A DNA stretch of 64,000 nt from a virus. The stretch is taken from IMG/VR virus record IMGVR_UViG_3300048014_000015, positions 1-64,000 of that record. One strand, written 5' to 3'. Position 1 is the stretch's first letter. Every line of letters starts with the position of its first letter. Shown piece after piece: positions 59,730 through 64,000 of the stretch. The notes under the pieces are model-generated. The model saw nothing but the letters and a program-made list of their open reading frames with translations. It searched no databases and was not told the DNA's origin. The translations under genes were made by a program, and so were the position numbers.

Positions 59730-60917
59730 TTAAGGTTTACCAGGAGTTCTTAATCTTTTTGCACCGGGACCACCGGGTGTAGCGTGGTGTATTGATTCTT
59801 TATTTTCTTTTAACCACTTTGTATTAAGCATTAGTCCTACGGTACGTTCATATGCCGATAAAGCTCCAGTTAAGATATCCTCCCCAGTAGATACCGCTTG
59901 TCTATGTAATACAGTAATAGAAGAAGCCCCAGTACCAGGTATATTAGGATTAGTGTATGGTCCTGCTACAAAGTTAGATTTTTGTTGGGTATCTGTATAC
60001 CCGTATCTGACTCCTGTTACATCTGGTAACCCCTCAACATAGTTAATTTCTCTAATAAATCCTTGAGGGATAGGCATAAATAGTTGTGCTCTCTCTGAAT
60101 CTGGAGATTGAAGGTTATTAAATGTCATGTCAGTACGGTATATTGCCGTACCTTCTGTCATTATTGTTGTCCATCCATCTGTATCTACTGAATGTCGTTG
60201 TGAGTATCTATTAGATAATAGTCCACTCATGGGACTAACTTCATTTATTGCAGCTTCATTAATATAGGTCTCACACGCCCAATCAGCTACAAAAGTATTA
60301 CTATCTCCTACCGCTGCATTAATACTAAAAATTTTAGGCATAGGACCAGATTTACAGTCACATATATTACCTAACCCAGGACTAGATAATATAATGGGTC
60401 CAACTGGTGGATTAGGTGTACTTACTGTGGGTACACCTGTTTCCATACCGGGACCAGAAAATACGTATAATTGACCCCTTGGGGACTGTAATCTATGTCG
60501 TACTACTGAATGTGTTAATGGGGGGGCATTTGGTATACGAATTATAGCCCTTGGTGTAGAATTTATTATACCTACCTTAATACCAGCAGCACCGGGTAAT
60601 GGTAAAAATGCGGGAGGTACTCCAGCATTAACAAGAGATACACCACTTAACAGAGCACCATCTATTGGTGATGCTATAGCAATAAGCCCACCAAGTATAC
60701 CGGCACCACTTATTGTAGTGCCAGCAAAAGCATAACTAATAAATGGGCCTGGAGCACTACCAAATACAACTGCTGAATCTCCATTAATTAATACTGTAGC
60801 ATGTATATATGCTCTGGTATATAGATAATCTACCCCTTCATCATCATATACAGCTTGTACAGAAAAATCATGTGTTTCTAAACACATTAAATCTAACCCA
60901 TTATATATAATTCTCAT
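59730..60917 (-). CDS. hypothetical baseplate protein
   Basis: Start moved to the internal ATG (MRIIYNGLDL) at 60917, abutting the upstream stop at 60919. Confidence 0.6.
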   Translation of the reverse strand: MRIIYNGLDLMCLETHDFSVQAVYDDEGVDYLYTRAYIHATVLINGDSAVVFGSAPGPFISYAFAGTTISGAGILGGLIAIASPIDGALLSGVSLVNAGVPPAFLPLPGAAGIKVGIINSTPRAIIRIPNAPPLTHSVVRHRLQSPRGQLYVFSGPGMETGVPTVSTPNPPVGPIILSSPGLGNICDCKSGPMPKIFSINAAVGDSNTFVADWACETYINEAAINEVSPMSGLLSNRYSQRHSVDTDGWTTIMTEGTAIYRTDMTFNNLQSPDSERAQLFMPIPQGFIREINYVEGLPDVTGVRYGYTDTQQKSNFVAGPYTNPNIPGTGASSITVLHRQAVSTGEDILTGALSAYERTVGLMLNTKWLKENKESIHHATPGGPGAKRLRTPGKP

Positions 60918-60918
60918 T

Positions 60919-61587
60919 TTATTGTAGTATATTGGTATTTTCGTTAATCGGTGGAACAATGGTAGAAGTACCACCATTAGCTAGGTCTGTATAGAATAAC
61001 TGTCCTGGATAAAATGAAGTAGTATTGTACCCCCATACCCCATTTAACGTTCCTTGTGACCCACCTACTACAATTTGTTGTCCTTGCCAATAACCAACCA
61101 ATACATCACTACCAGCATAAGCTACCGCACCAATAGTAGGTATTGTACCTTGATACTGTTCTGAATTAATTTGTGAGGTATTTTGTGAAAATGGTGGAGT
61201 ACCAAGTACTAACCCATCTTGTGCCCTAATAACGCAATTCTCTACATAAGTGTATTCTGTACCCACTTCCCAATCGAAATTAGAATATGTTGAATTAAGT
61301 GTATTACCTAAAGATATTACCCCATTTATAAATACAAATGCTCCGCTATCTCCAAATTGAGGCATAGGTGGTGGATTATTCACTTTATCAGAACGTGTAG
61401 TATATTTCCTTATTCGATATGGGGCATGTAACCTAGCAATAACAACAGGAGAGTAAGAAGAAAGTTTAGTAGTTGGTGGGTCTTCTGCTAACGGTAGTAT
61501 GCATACTCCCGGTAACACTACGTAATCATTTTGTGAACCGTAGTGGTTGTAATTTAGTATTTGTTGGGTATCGTCTGGATAAGGCAT
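60919..61587 (-). CDS. hypothetical tail protein
   Basis: 222-aa ORF. Confidence 0.6.
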   Translation of the reverse strand: MPYPDDTQQILNYNHYGSQNDYVVLPGVCILPLAEDPPTTKLSSYSPVVIARLHAPYRIRKYTTRSDKVNNPPPMPQFGDSGAFVFINGVISLGNTLNSTYSNFDWEVGTEYTYVENCVIRAQDGLVLGTPPFSQNTSQINSEQYQGTIPTIGAVAYAGSDVLVGYWQGQQIVVGGSQGTLNGVWGYNTTSFYPGQLFYTDLANGGTSTIVPPINENTNILQ

Positions 61588-61603
61588 AATAACCTATAGT
61601 AGT

Positions 61604-62443
61604 TTATCCTATATCCGGGGATGTTACGGGTGTAACAAATCTCATACTAGCATTAGTTGCAGGAGCGGACAACGCAGCAAATACCATTGGGATTAAAGCT
61701 AGTGTCTTTGCACAACATGCAATATTGCTATTGATACTGCTATTTATACCAGATGAAGGGGTACTACTACTAGTAGTAGTAGTAGTCGGTACTACCACTG
61801 CACCACGAGAGCGACTATCTCCAGGTGGTTTAGGATTAGGACTAGGAAATTGTACAGCATTATTTCTATTCTTAGTTTGTGTTGGTGCTGGTGCTTGTGT
61901 AATTGGGACTGGTGTAGGTAATACTGTTGTTGGACACGGTGTAAGGATAGTCTGATTAGCAAATGGCAAACCACCAGGAGAGTTAGGAGCATCAGGACTC
62001 CTAGAACCATCTGGTAAACCAGCAAGTATATTATCAACAAAATCAAAGTTTCCTCCTACCAGTTCACAAGACGGACCACGATATACCGCTAAATTATTAA
62101 ATATGTTACCACCAAGTATAGGTGCAGTTTGAAAAGCTGAGTTAGCTACTAACATAGAAGTCTTATAACGTATAGTACACCTTACCCAATTTGAAGCTTG
62201 ATCGAATTCTATCATTAGTAGTCCCCAAGCTGGGGCAACTATTGCTACAAGATTGGCAAATCTCCTAACTTCTCCATTCGCGGCGGCCAATGCTAAAAAA
62301 TATAGTTGTTGTTTTTCACATCCCGGTTGTCCCACAACTTCTACAACTACTTCATCTTCTAATTGAGGGACAACTTTTTTAAATGCCTGTACACCAGCAG
62401 CACCACCAGTAATAACAGCATTAGCAGTTTGTAAAGATGACAT
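61604..62443 (-). CDS. hypothetical tail protein
   Basis: 279-aa ORF. The internal ORFs in other frames look spurious. Confidence 0.6.
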   Translation of the reverse strand: MSSLQTANAVITGGAAGVQAFKKVVPQLEDEVVVEVVGQPGCEKQQLYFLALAAANGEVRRFANLVAIVAPAWGLLMIEFDQASNWVRCTIRYKTSMLVANSAFQTAPILGGNIFNNLAVYRGPSCELVGGNFDFVDNILAGLPDGSRSPDAPNSPGGLPFANQTILTPCPTTVLPTPVPITQAPAPTQTKNRNNAVQFPSPNPKPPGDSRSRGAVVVPTTTTTSSSTPSSGINSSINSNIACCAKTLALIPMVFAALSAPATNASMRFVTPVTSPDIG

Positions 62444-62453
62444 AAACTATACC

Positions 62454-63116
62454 TTATAAATCTGAAACCCGTAATGGTCTCGATATTTGGTTATTAAAGG
62501 TAATAGGACCACCACCGATTTTAGTGGAAACTTTACTACCATTAATAGAATCTACCTGTAATTTTTGTTTTCGAGTAGTTCCCAATATATTGGTAGTGTT
62601 TACCTTACTACGAGTTATACTACTACTGATATTACCTACTATAGGTTTACTACGATTAATATTACCACTAATACCAGGTACTTTTAATGTACTACGAATA
62701 TTAGTTTGACTTATGCTCTCTGAAGTAGGTATCTCCCTTTTATTTACCCTATCAATATCTTTTTTTGAGAGGAACGACCTATTACTATTCTGTGTGATTT
62801 CCTTAGTAGGTTTAGATCGGGAAGCTGTAGGTGATTCTATGTTAGGTTTATTACCAGTACGATTAGGCATACCAGACTCTATATTAGGTTTATTATTTAT
62901 TCTATTGTCTATAGTACTTTGTATACCTCTAATTGAACGCATTTTAATCTGTGAAGATGTACCCTCTATAACTCTTTTACCATTGCTATTTGGTTGGGCC
63001 TTATTATTATTGTTTGTGGTAGTAGTTGTACGACTTCTAGGTATATTACTAGTAGAAACTACATTAGGTTTATTCTTTTGTACTACATCAACTTTTGGGA
63101 TTCTTCGCTTCGCCAT
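62454..63116 (-). CDS. basic, low-complexity protein in the tape-measure position
   Basis: 220 aa rich in N/S/T/K/R with NKPNIES repeats. Immediately downstream of the chaperone pair. Confidence 0.5.
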   Translation of the reverse strand: MAKRRIPKVDVVQKNKPNVVSTSNIPRSRTTTTTNNNNKAQPNSNGKRVIEGTSSQIKMRSIRGIQSTIDNRINNKPNIESGMPNRTGNKPNIESPTASRSKPTKEITQNSNRSFLSKKDIDRVNKREIPTSESISQTNIRSTLKVPGISGNINRSKPIVGNISSSITRSKVNTTNILGTTRKQKLQVDSINGSKVSTKIGGGPITFNNQISRPLRVSDL

Positions 63117-63364
63117 AAGGCACGTTCGTACTCAGACTCAGTTAATAGATTTATAGACTCTTTAGGCATTTTAGCACCGCTACCGATCTTTACTCCTTCA
63201 CTATATTCGAATATCCTTTGTGCTACCGACCAATCGAACCACAAGTACATAGTTACATAGTCGGCATAGTCCCACAGAATAGTTTTGGTACTTGATCCAA
63301 ATCCGTTGCCGAAATAGAAGAGTCTGGCAGAGTAGTATCCTTCATCTCTTTTTTTTTGCACCAA
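63083..63364 (-). CDS. -1 frame extension of the tail assembly chaperone (T-like ORF, no ATG of its own)
   Basis: Opens at the A9 run in the -1 frame of 63253..63672. The only in-frame start is TTG. Confidence 0.5.
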   Translation of the reverse strand: MVQKKRDEGYYSARLFYFGNGFGSSTKTILWDYADYVTMYLWFDWSVAQRIFEYSEGVKIGSGAKMPKESINLLTESEYERALWRSEESQKLM

Positions 63365-63672
63365 TCAAGATACCCACATAACCACTCTAAAGCTTGACCA
63401 TCAGTACAATCAGGAAAATCAGGTAAATCAAATACTTTACGACATATTAAAGCTAATTGTTCTTCTGCTTCATCGCTCGCCAATGCTGTAGTTAACCTAC
63501 CTTGTTCGCTAATATCGCCTTCGTCTAAGTCTACTGCCTTCCATGTTTCAATTAATTTACCTAAACGATTGTTGCTCTCTCTCCGTAGTGCTCTATCTAA
63601 AGCTAATGGGTCAAATTTCTTATCAGAACCCTCAATAGAAAATATAAGTTTTTGTGAGTCAGTAAAAAACAT
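63253..63672 (-). CDS. tail assembly chaperone (G-like)
   Basis: 139-aa acidic ORF between the tube-like gene and the tape-measure-position gene. Contains the slippery run. Confidence 0.55.
   Translation of the reverse strand: MFFTDSQKLIFSIEGSDKKFDPLALDRALRRESNNRLGKLIETWKAVDLDEGDISEQGRLTTALASDEAEEQLALICRKVFDLPDFPDCTDGQALEWLCGYLDWCKKKEMKDTTLPDSSISATDLDQVPKLFCGTMPTM
63349..63357 (-). promoter_or_regulatory. candidate -1 programmed ribosomal frameshift site (A AAA AAA)
   Basis: Minus sense reads TGC AAA AAA AAA GAG in the zero frame. The -1 frame stays open for a further 88 codons. Confidence 0.55.
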
Positions 63673-63683
63673 AGATATATAGG

Positions 63684-64000
63684 TTAGGTAGTGGGATTTA
63701 ATGTAAGAACGCTGGGTATACCACCTTCAAAATAAATACCAAAACCTCTACTTGGTATACCTAATGTTGTACCACCGGTAGTAGGAGTTAGAGTAGGGTT
63801 AAATACCCCTCTTGTCTCTATAGCCATACTAACCTCAATAACTCGTGTAGTTTCAGTATCTTCTTCATAGGCACTAATACTACACGAAGTGAATCCGCGA
63901 ACATTATGTAAATCTAATACCGCTGCTGCCGATGGTAAACCAGCAGCAGGAGAACCAAAAAAAGTATTAACAAGTATTAAACAAAAATCCTGTTGTCCTG
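63684..64000 (-). CDS. hypothetical protein, C-terminal part only (possible tail tube)
   Basis: Frame open from 63998 to TAA at 63686..63684 (...GVFNPTLTPTTGGTTLGIPSRGFGIYFEGGIPSVLTLNPTT). The function call is positional. Confidence 0.45.
   Translation of the reverse strand, partial: GQQDFCLILVNTFFGSPAAGLPSAAAVLDLHNVRGFTSCSISAYEEDTETTRVIEVSMAIETRGVFNPTLTPTTGGTTLGIPSRGFGIYFEGGIPSVLTLNPTT

Noticed and set aside
61725-63260. Alternative-frame ORFs in the tail region (61725..61955, 61792..62046, 62524..62709, 62713..63156, 62994..63260).
   Set aside because: They are Leu/Val/Ile-rich antisense translations of Asn/Thr/Lys-rich genes. They are spurious.
1-64000. Integrase, transposase, lysogeny repressor, or rRNA genes.
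   Set aside because: No recognisable motif was found for any of these in the six-frame translations. The GC-rich island and the plus-strand block therefore cannot be called mobile elements from this window alone.

Overview
This window is a contiguous piece of an AT-rich tailed-phage genome (about 35-40% GC by eye; nothing here was computed or searched). Almost all genes are on the minus strand.

Reading the minus strand from 64000 downward:
1. Tail module: a partial tube-like CDS, a chaperone pair with a canonical -1 frameshift site, baseplate/fibre genes including a 986-aa fibre with collagen-like motifs, and an FN3+LamG protein.
2. Candidate lysis cassette (49035-47126).
3. A 5.8-kb plus-strand block (41762-47522) with an HNH endonuclease, wHTH / zinc-ribbon / coiled-coil proteins and a ParB/Srx-like protein. 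Two tandem-repeat arrays precede its main genes.
4. Replication/recombination module: MazG, PD-(D/E)XK nuclease, Sak4-like ATPase, family-A DNA polymerase, and a Zn-finger/TOPRIM primase.
5. A 2.3-kb GC-rich plus-strand three-gene island (30.8-33.0 kb) interrupts that module. Its genes are bounded by 81-bp near-identical repeats.
6. Packaging genes: TerS, a tRNA cluster, TerL, portal, and tRNA-Leu.
7. A ~14-kb accessory block between portal and scaffold. It carries sugar- and methyl-transfer enzymes, including a clear GT75/RGP homologue, plus very large proteins with the planctomycete-type TIGR02996 'repeat-companion' motif.
8. Head genes (scaffold-like, putative capsid).

The three recognisable tRNAs read A-ending codons (AUA, UUA, AGA). 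Together with the TIGR02996 motif and the GC-rich patches, this suggests an AT-rich phage of a GC-rich, Gemmata-like planctomycete host. That host assignment is inference.

The signals most worth follow-up are:
- the GC-rich cassette island;
- two non-canonical tRNA-like elements packed between the tRNAs;
- the TIGR02996 paralogue expansion;
- the virion-module glycosylation cluster;
- two conserved regulatory motifs (T[T/G]GACAG-N7-CTGTC promoters and TTAACCTATAGG leaders);
- a 10 x 13-bp perfect tandem array next to the ParB-like block;
- a GC-rich 3' replacement inside a tail gene.

All functional calls rest on motifs read from the translations. No database search was possible.
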